Assembly (NCBI GenBank): GCA_963822445.1
Contig: CAWGHO010000003.1
Location: 480,001 to 544,000 of the forward strand
Reading direction: 5' to 3'
DNA from: an uncultured Acidobacteriota bacterium
GTDB taxonomy: Bacteria > Acidobacteriota > Thermoanaerobaculia > Gp7-AA8
Length of the DNA: 64,000 nt
The translations under genes were made by a program, and so were the position numbers. How positions within the stretch are numbered: the first letter of the stretch is position 1; each line of letters begins with the position of its first letter. The notes below the pieces were generated by a model. The model searched no databases. It worked only from the letters and a program-made list of their open reading frames with translations, and had not been told where the DNA came from. Shown in pieces: positions 17,432-29,757 of the stretch.

Positions 17432-20400
17432 GTGCCGACACCAGCAGGAACGCTCGAAGTTCTCTCCGGCGGCATCGCCCGCATCCTCCAGCCGCTGAGC
17501 GAAGAGCTCGACCCGGCAAAGGTGCTCGATTTCTTCGGCCGCCTCGGCGTGCAGTTCCCGCCGGCGCTGCTGACTCCTCCGCTCACCGCGGCGCTGAACA
17601 CCGCCAGCGAATCGGGACGCGGACTCCCGGCGGCCGTCGATCAGCTCAACGCCGCCATCGCCGGCAACGACTCCGACCAGGTTCTCATTGCGACGATCGA
17701 CGTCATCGGCCGCATCGTCGCGTTCACCGCCTCGCTCGTCGCGGTGCAGGATCAGCTGGACAGCATGCCGCCGCCGGCGGGCGTCACGCAGCAGCAGATG
17801 GACGACTTCGTCGCCGAGCTGCCGGGCGCCATTCTCGATTACGCCATCGTCCGCACGGGCGAGGTGTACGTGCCGTCGGTGACGGCTATCCTCGCCCTGG
17901 TCGGCCTCATCGACCGCGTGAGAGTCCCCGGCGATCCCACGAACCCGACGAAGCCCGACTACACCACGCGCCGCATCCGCCTCGACCGACTCGGCAAGTT
18001 CCTCAGCAACCCCCTCGGCTACGCTGAGGATCTGGTGGGTTGGGGGCCGGCGTTCAACGCGAATGCGCTGCTGCAGCGCGTGCAGGATTTCCACAACGAC
18101 ATGGCCATCCCGAGCACGCTCGGGCCGGGCGGCTTCGAATCGTATGCGTTCGACCTCTCCGCCGCAGCGGGATCGCCCCCCGGCGTCGCATTCGAGATCC
18201 ACGTTCCCATCACCGCCGGCATCGATCTCACGATCCCGTGGTGTACGGGATGGGCGTTCCATCTGCTCACCGAAGCTTCGGCCGATACGACGATCGATGG
18301 GAGCGTGAGATATCCCGACCTCGTCGAAGCGAATGCGGCCGCCGACATCAGCGGGCGCGCGCTGATCGGCATCTCCCGCGACGTGGTCCCTCCCGCGACC
18401 GAGATCATCCTCATCGGCCAGCCCGGCGGCAGCCGCATTTCGGTGGCCAGCTTCCGCGCCGACGCGGGAGTGCGCTTCCGCTGGAATTCAGGAAGCGGGG
18501 ACGCCACCGTCGAGCCGGACGTGCAGGGGACGATCGTCGGCGCGAAGGTGATCATCGACACGTCGAACGCGGATGGGTTCATCGGCACGCTGACGAGTGG
18601 GATCAGGGTCGAAGGAGGTTTCGACGCGCAGCTCGGATGGGCGCCGTCGACCGGCATCCGCTTCGAAGGGAGTGCGACGATCGAGATCCAGATCCCGCTT
18701 CACGTCTCCCTCGGACCGATCGACATCTCGTCGCTCTACCTCGTCGGCGGCATCAGCGGCGGCGACTCCGGCATCGCCATTCCGCTCGAGCTCTCGGTCG
18801 GCCTCGGCGCGAAGCTCGGCCCGCTCGAGGCGGCCGTGGAGCGCATCGGCGCGAAGGCGATGGTCACCTTTCCCGAGGAAGGCGGGAATCTGGGGCCGGC
18901 GAACATCAGCTTCGAGTTCAAGCCGCCGAGCGGGGTCGGCCTGGCCGTCGACGCGGGCGTGGTCAAAGGCGGCGGTTACCTCTACATCGACGTCGAGCGC
19001 GGCGAATACGCGGGCGCGCTCGAGCTCACGTTCAGCGGCTTCGTCTCGATCAAGGCCATCGGCATCATCACCACGAAGATGCCCGACGGCTCGCCGGGCT
19101 TCTCGCTGCTGATCATCATGTGGGTCGAGTTCGCGAGCGGCATCCAGCTCGGATTCGGCTTCGCGCTCTTCGCTGTCGGCGGCCTGCTCGGCCTCAACCG
19201 CACGATGAAGCTGCAGGCGCTGATGGAAGGCGTCCGCAGCGGCGCGATCGATCGGATCATGTTCCCGCAGAACATCGTGGCCAACGCGCCGAAGATCATC
19301 AGCGATCTGCGCGCGATCTTCCCGCCGCAGGAGGGGACGTTCCTCATCGGGCCGATGGTCAAGCTCGGATGGGGGACGCCGACGCTGATCAGCGTGACGC
19401 TCGGCATCATCATCGAGATCCCCGGCAACATCGCCATCCTCGGCGTGATCAAGATCGCCGCTGCCGACGGAAGCGGCGGCGCTGGTCGTGCTGCAGGTCA
19501 ACTTCGTCGGCGCGATCGAGTTCGACAAGAAGCGGCTCTGGTTCTTCGCCGCGCTGTTCGAGTCGCGGGTCGCTGTTCCTCACGATCGAGGGCGAGATGG
19601 GACTGCTCGTGGCCTGGGGCGACGACGCGAACTTCGTCGTCAGCGTGGGCGGCTTCCATCCCCGATTCACACCGCCGCCGCTGCCGTTCCCGATCCCGAG
19701 GCGCATCGCCGATCAGCCTGATCAACACGTCGTCGGCGCGCGTGCGCGTCGAGGGCTATTTCGCGGTCACCTCGAACACGCGTGCAGTTCGGCGCGCGCG
19801 TCGAGGTGTTCTTCGGCATCGGCGACGTCTTGAACATCAACGGCCATCTCGCGTTCGACGCGCTGTTCCAGTTCTCGCCGTTCTGCTTCGTCATCGAGAT
19901 CTCCGCGTCGCTCTCGGTGAAGGTGTTCGGCGTCGGCCTGTTCAGCGTCCGCGTCAGCGGCTCGCTCGACGGCCCGACGCCGTGGCGCGTGGCCGGCCAG
20001 GGCTCGATCTCGCTGCTGTTCTTCGACATCAACGTCGACTTCGAAAAGACGTGGGGGGAGACGAACAAGGCCAAGCTGCCGCCGATCGCAGTGCTGCCGA
20101 TCATCCGCGCGGAGCTGGACAAGGCGGAGACCTGGCGCGCCCTGCCGCCGGCGAACAACAACCTGCTGGTCTCGCTGCGCAAGATGCCGGAAGAAGAAGC
20201 GGCGCTGGTGCTGCATCCCGTTGGGGTGCTGCGCGTCTCGCAGCGTGCCCTTCCGCTCGCGATCACGCTCGACAAGGTCGGCGACCAGAAGCCGAGCGAC
20301 GTCAACAAGTTGACCATCGTCGTGGCCGGCGGCGGGCTGGCCCAGAAGGCGGACGCGTTCGAGCGTTCGCGCCGGCGCAGTTCCAGGAGCTCAGCGACGC

Positions 20401-20849
20401 GGACAAGCTGTCGCGGCCCGCGTTCTCGCAGGAGCGCTCGGGATTGGAGCTGTCCGCGGCCGGCGAGGACGTGCGCACCGGCGGCATGATCCGCCGCGTC
20501 GTGCGCTACGAAGAGATCATCATCGACTCGAATTTCAAGCGTTTCGTCGCGCCGCTTCCAGCTTCTCGGCGCGCTCCTGTTCGACTTCTTCCTCGGCGGC
20601 GCGGCGGTGGCCAAATCGGAGCTCTCCCTGGCCACGAAGAAGCAGTGCAGCCGTTCGACGACAAGATCGACGTGAAGGAGGCGACGTACACCGTCGCCCT
20701 GCAGGCGAACAACCACGCCTACTCGGCGGCTGCGGCCACGTTCACGAGCGAGGCGAGCGCGCAGGAGTTCCTCAAGAGTGAAGTGGCGAAGAACCCGAAC
20801 GCTCGCCGAGTCGCTGCACGTGATTCCGAGCTGGGAGCAGGCTGCATGA
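17432..20849 (+). CDS. DUF6603-like beta-rich protein (~1135 aa), interrupted by about 8 apparent indel errors
   Basis: FKPPSGVGLAVDAGVVKGGGYL, GLLGLNRTM, GPMVKLGWGTP, SVGGFHPRF, GYFAVTSNT.QFGA and FDALFQFSPF motifs continue across frame switches (~19460, 19570, 19711, 19780, 20365, 20550, 20645, 20805). The reconstructed end ..LHVIPSWEQAA* overlaps the next start as ATGA. Confidence 0.75.
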
Positions 20850-23800
20850 GCATCCTCGGCACGTACTCGTTCCTGCCGTGGATGCGGCAGGGGCTCGCGA
20901 ACCAGATCACGTCGCCCGATCCGAATCCGGCCGCGGCGCTGCGGGCCGAGGTGCAGGTGCAGTTGGAGCTGCGCGCAACGGAAGTGGGCGGCGCCGAGCG
21001 TCCGGGCGAGCCGATCGACCGGAACGTCGCCCTCTTCGGCCCGGGAGACATCCAAGGCATCGAGCAGCGCGCCATCGTCCGCACTGATCCGCGCAACTGG
21101 ATCACCAACTTCGAGCCGAACTACCTCCCGTGCATCGAGTTCTACGACGAGGATTTCCCGTGGCGCTACACCCCCGCGGCTCCCGCCGGCGCGCGCCTCC
21201 GGCCGTGGATCATGCTGGTGGTCCTGCAGGAGAACGAGGAGTTCGAGGAAGGGAAGGACATCCGCGACAAGCCCCTGCCCTATATCGAAGTTCCGAACGC
21301 GGACACTGTCTTTCCGCCGCCCGAGCAGCTCTGGGCCTGGGCGCACGTGCACATCAACAAGAGCGTGGCCGCGAATGACACGCAGTTCCGTGCGAATACG
21401 CCGGCCGAGGTCGAGGCGGTTGCGCCGCGCGTGCGCAGCGTGATCGACGCGAACCGCGACAACGCCTACTCGCGCATTCTCTGCCCGCGCAAGCTCGCGC
21501 CGAACACCGCCTACCACGCATTCCTGGTCCCGGTGTTCGAGACTGGACGCCTGGCGGGACTGGGGCTGCCGTTCGATACCGTACCCAGCCCGACCATCTC
21601 GGCGTGGAAAGACGACTACGCGGCCAAAGGGCAGAACGCGCCGACGCAGTTCCCGCACTACTACCGCTGGTACTTCCGCACCGGCGCCACCGGCGACTTC
21701 GAGACTCTGGTGCGCCTGCTCGTGCCGAAGCCGGTCGACAAGCGGGTCGGCACGCGCGACATGGACGTCCTCGACCCCGGACTGAACGTCGATGCGGAGC
21801 CGAAGTTCAGCGGCATTCTCAAGCTCGGCGGCGCGCTCCGCGTGCCGCGCAAGAACTACACGGAAGCGGAGCTGGATCAGGTCGAGGCGCTGGAGAACTG
21901 GGCCACGGACCCGGCGAGCGAGTATCCGCGTCCGATCCAGCAGGACCTCGCCGCTCTCATCAACCTGAGCGACGACTACGCGGAAGCCGCGGCCGACGCC
22001 GCGAACGCGGCCGCCGGCATCATCGATCCGGAGAATCCGACCGAGAACGATCCCGATCCGGTGATCACTCTGCCGCTGTACGGGACGTGGCACGCCCTCA
22101 CCAAGCGGCTGCTGCGCGAGCGCGACAACACCCCCCTCACGCCGAACGACAACTGGATCCACGAGCTGAACCTCGATCCGCGATTCCGCGTCGCTGCCGG
22201 CTTCGGCACGCGCGTCGTGCAGGACCAGCAGGAGAAGCTGATGGACGCGGCGTGGGAGCAGGTCGGCCGCGTGCTCGAGGCCCGCCGGCGCATCCGCTTC
22301 GGCCAGTTCGCGAAGGAAGTCTCCACGATCTGGTACGACCGCCATCTGGTGCCTCTCGTCGGCACGACCGGCACGAACGGCGCGAACCGGCAGAAGGGTC
22401 TGCTGCTGCTCGCGCCGCTCAACAAGCGGGTCATCGCCAACGGGTTCACGGTCCACAACCACCTCGGCGAGAGCTTTCTGCAACCGGCGATGCTCTCCGC
22501 ACCGCTGCGCCGCATCCTCCGCCCGCGCGGACGGCTCATTTCACTGACGCCGTTCACGCCGGAGATCCGGCCGGACAACCTCATCGACCGCGTCAACGAA
22601 GGCACCGTCAACGCCTCGCCTCCGAAAGTGCGGCCGCCCGGCATCCTCACACCCGACGACATCGCTGATGAGGTGCTGCCCGACAACATCCCGCCGGCGC
22701 TCGTCGAGAAACTCCGCCTCTCGCCGTGGCTGCGCTGGCTGCTGCTGCTGATCGCGGCAATCCTGATCATTCTTCTCTTCGCCTTCACACCGACGGGCAT
22801 CGCCGCCACCGTCGGCATCGCCATCCTCGCGCTCGTGATCTGGCTTTTCCTGCTCCTGACGCGATGGAGCAATCAGATCGCGGCCTCCGACACATTGCGC
22901 GAGGACAACCGGGCACCGGAGAGGGTCGATGACTTGCCGCTCAGTCCGAACTTCACGCTCACCGACTTCGGCACCATCCCGAACATCACCATCGGCACGA
23001 CCGACAGCACCGAGGCGGTGCGCTTCAAGTCCGGACTGAAGAACGCCTGGGGGCTCATCACCTCGGGGAAAGAGGCCAGCGTCGTTCCGGCGAAGAAGAA
23101 GCTCGACCTCGGCGCGATCGCTGAAACATTCGTGACCGCGATCAATCCCGCCCTCACCGTGCCGCGGCGCGTCTACGCCGGCATCTTCCTGCCGCCGCGC
23201 ATCGTCCTGGAGATCGGGGAGACCTTCGTCGAGCCGATGGCCTATCCGATCTTCGACACGCCGATGTACGAGCCGCTGACGAAGCCTTCGGCCGAGCTGT
23301 TTCTGCCGAACCTCAATCTGATCGAGCAGAACAGCATCACCCTGCTGGAGACGAACCAGAAGTTCATCGAGTCCTACATGGTCGGGCTCAATCACGAGTT
23401 CGCGCGCGAACTGTTGTGGCGCGAGTACCCGACCGACCAGCGCGGCAGCTACTTCCGGCAGTTCTGGGACGTGCGCAGCTTCTTCAACCCCACGAACATG
23501 AACGACGAGGACTTCAGGGAGTCCTTGCGCGACATCCCGAAGCTGCATCTCTGGTCGAGGCTCTCGAAGCTCGGAGATCACGATCATCGCGAGGAAGGGC
23601 TGGACAACGAACAGGAGCTCGTACTGGTCATCCGCGGCGAGCTGCTCAAGCGCTATCCGAACACCGTCATCTACGCGCACCGCGCGCGCTGGCAGTTGAA
23701 GTCCGACGGCACGATCGACAACACGCTGGAGCGCCGCCTCGTCGATCTCGTCGGCGCCGAAATCGACAAGCCGCCGAAAGACAAAGTCCTGACGCCGCTC

Positions 23801-24244
23801 TACGAGGCGAAGGTCGATCCCGACATCTACTTCTTCGGCTTCGACCTCACCATCGAGGCGGCGGCCGGCGGCACCGGCGCGAACCCGGCCGACGATCCCG
23901 GCTGGTTCTTCGTTCTCAAGGAGCGTCCCGGCGAGCCGCGCTTCGGCCTCGACTTCACCGACCCGCCTCCCAACCCGGCGCGTCCGCTCCACATCTGGGG
24001 CGACCTGGCGTGGTCGGACGTGCAACCCGGTCCGGACGGCTCGTTCATCGAGATCACCAACGCCACGCCGACGCGCGCGTTGACGATCCCTACCGGCCCG
24101 GACTCGGAGAAGCTGCCGCAGCACGACGACGACAAGAACATCCCTTTCAACAAGGACATGAACGCGGCCGATCTGGCCTACGTGCTGTTCCAGGCGCCGG
24201 TGCTCGTCGCCATACACGCCAGCGAGATGCTGCCGAAGAATTGA
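20846..24244 (+). CDS. Hypothetical protein (1132 aa) with an internal hydrophobic hairpin; operon gene 3
   Basis: GGAG SD and ATGA coupling at 20846 (MSILGTYSFLPW). Motif-like segments EFYDEDFPWRYTP, WREYPTDQRGSYFRQFWD, LVIRGELLKRYPNTVIYA and GWFFVLKERPGEPRFGLD. Confidence 0.85.
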   Translation: MSILGTYSFLPWMRQGLANQITSPDPNPAAALRAEVQVQLELRATEVGGAERPGEPIDRNVALFGPGDIQGIEQRAIVRTDPRNWITNFEPNYLPCIEFYDEDFPWRYTPAAPAGARLRPWIMLVVLQENEEFEEGKDIRDKPLPYIEVPNADTVFPPPEQLWAWAHVHINKSVAANDTQFRANTPAEVEAVAPRVRSVIDANRDNAYSRILCPRKLAPNTAYHAFLVPVFETGRLAGLGLPFDTVPSPTISAWKDDYAAKGQNAPTQFPHYYRWYFRTGATGDFETLVRLLVPKPVDKRVGTRDMDVLDPGLNVDAEPKFSGILKLGGALRVPRKNYTEAELDQVEALENWATDPASEYPRPIQQDLAALINLSDDYAEAAADAANAAAGIIDPENPTENDPDPVITLPLYGTWHALTKRLLRERDNTPLTPNDNWIHELNLDPRFRVAAGFGTRVVQDQQEKLMDAAWEQVGRVLEARRRIRFGQFAKEVSTIWYDRHLVPLVGTTGTNGANRQKGLLLLAPLNKRVIANGFTVHNHLGESFLQPAMLSAPLRRILRPRGRLISLTPFTPEIRPDNLIDRVNEGTVNASPPKVRPPGILTPDDIADEVLPDNIPPALVEKLRLSPWLRWLLLLIAAILIILLFAFTPTGIAATVGIAILALVIWLFLLLTRWSNQIAASDTLREDNRAPERVDDLPLSPNFTLTDFGTIPNITIGTTDSTEAVRFKSGLKNAWGLITSGKEASVVPAKKKLDLGAIAETFVTAINPALTVPRRVYAGIFLPPRIVLEIGETFVEPMAYPIFDTPMYEPLTKPSAELFLPNLNLIEQNSITLLETNQKFIESYMVGLNHEFARELLWREYPTDQRGSYFRQFWDVRSFFNPTNMNDEDFRESLRDIPKLHLWSRLSKLGDHDHREEGLDNEQELVLVIRGELLKRYPNTVIYAHRARWQLKSDGTIDNTLERRLVDLVGAEIDKPPKDKVLTPLYEAKVDPDIYFFGFDLTIEAAAGGTGANPADDPGWFFVLKERPGEPRFGLDFTDPPPNPARPLHIWGDLAWSDVQPGPDGSFIEITNATPTRALTIPTGPDSEKLPQHDDDKNIPFNKDMNAADLAYVLFQAPVLVAIHASEMLPKN

Positions 24245-24251
24245 TTGACCG

Positions 24252-27200
24252 ATGGCCACATTCGACGAAGTCCGCCAGCAGCTCCGCCAGGCCCGCGTCG
24301 ATGCCGACGCGAAAGGGGAGGCCGCGTTCGCCGCCAGGGAGCGCCTGTGGCGCATCGAGCGCGAGCAGGAAGCACTGCGCCGCCGGTTCGATCCCGAGAA
24401 CGCCGATCACGTGCAGCGTGCGGCGGCGCTCGACGAAGCCCACGCGAAGTTGACGCAGGACATCGCCGATGCGCGCCAGATCCGCAACGACGCCATCGCC
24501 GTCGAGACCGGCCTCCTCGGCCAGTTCGCACAGTTCAGCGACCCCCGCGACGCCATCGAGCAGCTCAACGATCAATATCCGATTCTCCTGCTGCCGGTGC
24601 GGCTCGAGACACGCTTCAAAGGCGACCAGCTCTGGGTGCGGGTCTATCCGGACGACATCTCCGTCGACACGTTCGAGCCGCTGCTTTCGGTCAGCGAAGT
24701 AGCCAGCGCGAAGGAGTACTGGACGGGCATCTGGCAGGGACGCGGCTTCGAAGACCAGGAGCGCGGCGCGTGGCGCGGGCTGGTGGCCAGCCATGGGTCG
24801 GGACGGGCGGCGTGGATCCTCGACGTCCGCCAATACGAGCCGCTGAACCTCGCCGACCTGCAGCCGAAGGCCAGTGCCACCGACGTCGTGCTGACCATTG
24901 CCACCGAGGTGCTGCCGAACCCGGCTGAGAACGCGGCGATCGGCGCGTACTGGATCGCGCTCTGGAAGGCGGACGGCGACGCGCAGCAATCGCAGGACGC
25001 GCTCGACGCGCTCGTCACCGCGCTGGGCGCCGCGCGCGCGGACGAGATCGCGAACGGGCCGCAGCCTTCGAACTTCGCGACCGTGCCGGTTCTGCCGGAT
25101 ACGAAGCAGAGCGTCACCACGACCTTTTCCTGGGTCGTCTTCCCCGACAGCGCAACGCTGGAGCTGAAAGAAAACTCGTGGGCCCGCGCGGCCCGCGCGG
25201 TTCTGCTGCCGGACCGCTTCGTCTTCATCGGCTATCGCACCGGCGCCGCGCCGCGCATCGCCCTCGGAGCCCCGGTGCCGTCGTCGCTCGTCGTTGGTCC
25301 CGATCCTTCCGCCCCCGAGACCGAGCAACTGCGTCGCGACGCCGCCGGCAACCTGATCATCCCGGACGACATGCTGTGGATGGTCGACTTCGACCGCGCC
25401 GTGCAGGTGGGGATGGGCTTCCGTCTCGAGCTCGACGCGTTCGAGGCTGCGAACGGCTTCGATCGCGTCCTCGTCGTCGGCATCCGCGCCGGTGACGACG
25501 AGACGGAGGCCGCGCAGGGGCTGGCCACACTCATCGAGCATCACCGCTTCAGCCGCACCGGCTTCGAGGTCGTGCCGCAGGGAACGCCGACGAACAACAC
25601 CGAGGCGGCGAGCACGCCGTTCGTGCGTGGCGCGGTTGCCGACGCGAGCTTCAACGACCGCAAGACCGGCGACCTGTTCACCCACTCCGATTCATGGCTC
25701 ACCAAAGCGGACGGCCAGTGGCTGGCCGAATGGCTCGGTCTCGACGAAGCGGCGTTCCAGCGCGTACACGGTGCGGGCGGGCGCGACCAGGGCGACGCGC
25801 GGGCGATGAACGTCGCCCTCTGGCCGGCCACGATCGACTACTGGATGGAGTCGCTGATGGACCCGGGCTTCGATACCGAGGAGATCAGCCAGACCCGCGA
25901 CTTCTTCACGACCTATGTCAGCGGCCGCGGCGCGGTGCCCGCCATCCGGGTCGGACGTCAGCCCTACGGCATCCTGCCGGCGACCGCGCTCTCGCGGATG
26001 CAGTGGCTGCAGCCGAAGAACACCGACGGCGCGCTCTTTCGCTCCTACCATTGGCGGCTCTACCAGTTCCTGCTGCGCGTCGATGCGCAGTGGCGTGCCC
26101 TGGTCTCGCTCGTTGCGTACGCCGGCAAGCCAGACGTCGATCCGCACGAGAATCTGCTCCACATCGTTGGCCTCCACTCCGGCGCGGCCAGTTGGGCGTA
26201 CCGCTGGGCGGAAAGCGCGGACCAGTACTGGAACCAGCTCGTCTTCATGTCCTGGAACCAGTTCTCCCTCGACCCCTTCAAGCAAGAGGCCGCGACCGCG
26301 TTACTGAACGATTTCGGCTGGCTGCGCGAGCCGTATCCGAACATCCTCGAGAAGTTCTTCTTCGGCAAACACGATCCGCTCACCGGCCCGATCGTCGACG
26401 ACGTCCCGCTCTCCGAGACCGCGCCGATCCGCAGCTACACGGACGACGATCGCAACTACATCCAGTGGCTGATCGACGCATCGAATGTCTCGCTGCAGAC
26501 GCTCTACGCGCAGGACGGTTTCAAAAGCGACCTTCCACCGAAGGCGCTCCTCTATCTCCTGCTGCGCCACGCGCTACAGCTCGGCTATCACGACGTCGCC
26601 GTGCGCCTGCACTCCGAATTGAACCTGCTCGATCCGGTGAGCGCCCGCGCCGCGAAACGCGACAACCCGTTCATCCACGTGCGCGAGCAGGCGGCGCAGA
26701 GCGAGAGCCGGTATCAGATCCTGTACAAGACCGAGCCGCTGATCAGCGCCACGGAGCCGGTCGGGCAGTACATCGCCGCGCAACTGCAGAAGCCCGACTT
26801 CTTCGCCGGCCGCATGCTGTCCCGGCAGCTCGAGGCGCTCGAGCTGCTGAAGGACGCCTCCACGGCGCGGCTCGAGCGCGCGTTCGCGGAGCACATCGAT
26901 CTGTGCACCTACCGCCTCGACGCCTGGCTCCTCGGCCTGGTGCACCTGCAGCTCGCCAGCATGCGCAACAACGAAGAGACGGTGTCGTCGCCGCCGCGCA
27001 AAGGCGTCCACGTCGGCGCCTACGCCTGGCTCGAGAACCTCCGTCCCGAGAACAAAGTGCTGACGCCGTTCACGCCGGAAGATCCGGAGCTGGCTGCGAT
27101 CTTCGCCGGCTCTCCGCAGCTGGTGAAAGACTCGACGAACTTCGGCTACATCCACGCGCCGTCGCTCAATCACGCCGTCGCCGCGGCCGTACTCCGCAAC

Positions 27201-29757
27201 GGCTACACGTCGAACGCCTCGCCAGCTAACCGGCAGTCGCTGGCCGTGAACCTCAGCTCGGAGCGCGTGCGCACCGCCGTCGCGCTGATCGAGGGCATCC
27301 GCGCCGGCCAGAGCCTCGCCGCGCTCCTCGGCTATCAGTTCGAGCGCGGCATGCACGACCGCAACGCGGCGGTGAACGTCGATCAATACATCTGTGACCT
27401 CCGCCTGGCGTTTCCGCTGGCCGGCAACCGGATCAGCTCCACGGCGCCGCCCGAGGGGACGCCCATCGAGGCGGTGGAGGCGCGGAACGTCATCGACGGC
27501 CTCGCTCTCGTCAATCAGATCAAGACCTCGAACCAGAAGACCTATCCGTTCGGAAAAGCGGGGCTGCCGGCGATCGCTGATGCGAGCGCGCGCGCCATCA
27601 TCAACGATGAAGCGGACCGCCTCGTCGAAAGCCACGACGCCGTCGCCGATCTCGCCCTCGCGGAAGGGGTGTATCAGGCCGTCCTCGGCAACTACGACCG
27701 CGTCGCGTCGACGTACGACGCCTATGCGAAAGGGCGAGTTTCCGCCCGAGCCGCAGGTCGTGCGCACACCTTCGAACGGCGTCGGGCTCACGCACCGCGT
27801 CGCGCTTCATCTCACGCCCGGTCTGCTTCCCACCGACTCGCCCCTCGGCCCCGGCATCCCCATGACCCCGCGCGCGCAGGCGGAGCCGGCTATCAACCGG
27901 TGGCTGTTCGACAGCATGCCGCCCCTCGGCGACGTCGGCTGCATGGTGTCGTTCCGCGACGCGCCCACCAACGCCGACGTCGAGCGCGAAGTCACGCTGC
28001 TCGACCTCGCCGTGCAGCCGGCCGACTTCCTCCGCCTGTTCCGCGATGCGGCGCAGCAGGAGATGGCGGAGCTCGACGATCGCATCGTCCGCCACATCTT
28101 CAACACCGAGACGCCGCGGCCCGACACGCCGGTGACGATCCGCTACATGGACAAGGACACCGCGCCGATCTCCGTCTTCGAGCTCCTGCCGCTGCTGCGT
28201 CAGTTGCGGCGGCTCGCCACCACCTCGCGGCCGCTGCGCTCGAGCGACTCTTCACGCTCGAACGACGCGCAGCAGCAGCAGGACGCGAGCGTGTCGGTGA
28301 ATCCGGCGCGCATCACAGGCGTCCGCGCGTCGCTCCTCATGCTCGCCGTCGATCTGCAGAACTTCATCGACAGCGTGTCGCCCGATCCGCTCGTGCGCAT
28401 CGCCGACTTCGAGAGCTATCTGGCCGACGTCGTGACGCTGCTCCCGCGCGTCGTGGAGTTCGGCATTCCGCAAACCGGCTGGGGCTTCGCGTACGACGCG
28501 AAGCGGCGTCTCTTCCAGGCCGTGATCGAGAAGGTTGCGGCCATCGTCGCGCGGTGGAACGAACGGCTGGCGAAGTTCGACGGATTCATGCTCGCGTACG
28601 ATCCGGCCGCCGACGAGCCGACGAAGCTCGCGCTCCTGGCGCAGGCCGCGCTGCAGATCACGAGCGCTCCGCTGCCGCAGACCGGACTCGCCGACGCCAT
28701 CAAAGTCGATCTCGAGACCACGGCGCGCGACGCGTTCGTCGCCAAACGCGACGAGCTGGTGGCGTTCCTCGGCACCACCGAGACGACGGCGCCGCAGCTT
28801 CTCATCGATGCGAACGCGCTTCTGCCGCTCACCGCCTTCGATGTGGCCGAGGTGTCGTTTGCGGATGAGGAGCAATTGGCGGTGCTCTTTGCCGACGACG
28901 CCGTGAACGTCATGCAGGTCGTGCTCGACGAGGCTGAGCGCCGGCTGGCGGCATCGCTGACGCATCTCGATGCGCACGACGCGGCATCCGAGCCGTCGGC
29001 GCGCGTCGACGCGCTCGACGCGGCCGCGAAAGCGCTCCTCGGCGACGACGTCTTCGTCGTTCCCGAGTTCACGCTCGCCGCGGAGCACGGAAACGAGCTC
29101 GCGAATGCCGTCGACTCCAACACCTCTGGAGCGCTGTTCGCGCATCTCGTCGCGAACGATCCGTTCCCGGTCGACACGTGGCTATACGGCGTGGCTCGCG
29201 TGCGCGACAAGATCCGCGCCCTCGAGCAGGTGATCATGCTCGCCGAAGCATTCGGCATCGCCTCGCCGCCCGAGCTGACGGCGCTGCAGCTGCCGTATAT
29301 CGAGAACGAAGGATGGTTCGCGCTCGAGCTTCCGCCGAGCCCGAAGCTCGACGTCGATCGACTGCTCTACACGGCCGTGCTCTCGACGCCGTTCGACGAG
29401 ACCGCGCCGCAATGCGGCCTGCTGCTCGACGAATGGACGGAAGTCATCCCCACTCCGGAGGTCGAGACCGGCATCGCCTTCCACTACGACCGGCCGAACT
29501 GCGAGGCGCCGCAGAGCCTCCTGCTCGTCACGCCGTCGGACTTCCGCGGCGAATGGCAGTGGAACGATCTCGTCGACGCGCTGAACGAGACGCTCGACTT
29601 CGCGAAGCGCCGCGCCGTCGAGCCGGATCAGATCGACACCACCGCCTACGCGCGATTCCTCCCCGCCACCGTCTCGGCGGTGACGCGGCAGCAGATCACG
29701 ATCTCGGCCATGTACGCGCTCAACAACAACTTCGTCCTGCGGGAAGGTGAGCCATGA
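24252..29757 (+). CDS. Hypothetical protein (~1834 aa), one +1 frameshift at ~27733; operon gene 4
   Basis: N-terminal coiled coil, then LLPVRLETRF, WVRVYPDD, GTPTNNT, YRLDAW and GYIHAPS. Removing one G from GGG 27732-27734 joins ..AYAKG to EFPPEPQV.. of ORF 27394-29757, which ends with LLDEWTEVIP..GIAFHYDRP..APQ. Confidence 0.8.

Noticed and set aside
19460-20810. Programmed frameshifting or true pseudogenisation of the DUF6603-like gene
   Set aside because: About 8 scattered single-base indels, no slippery sites and no nonsense substitutions, in an otherwise intact operon, fit consensus error better. Reads are needed to be certain.
17432-24244. Single 2270-aa protein in the ORF track
   Set aside because: It is a chimera. 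Indels at 19460-20810 produce out-of-frame Arg-rich stretches and read past the real stop (TGA 20849) into a separate SD-led gene at 20846.
27725-27745. Phase-variable or programmed frameshift in operon gene 4 (likewise ~39596 in the GGDEF-EAL gene)
   Set aside because: Only a 3-G run (2-C at ~39596), too short for slipped-strand switching. Most simply an over-called base.
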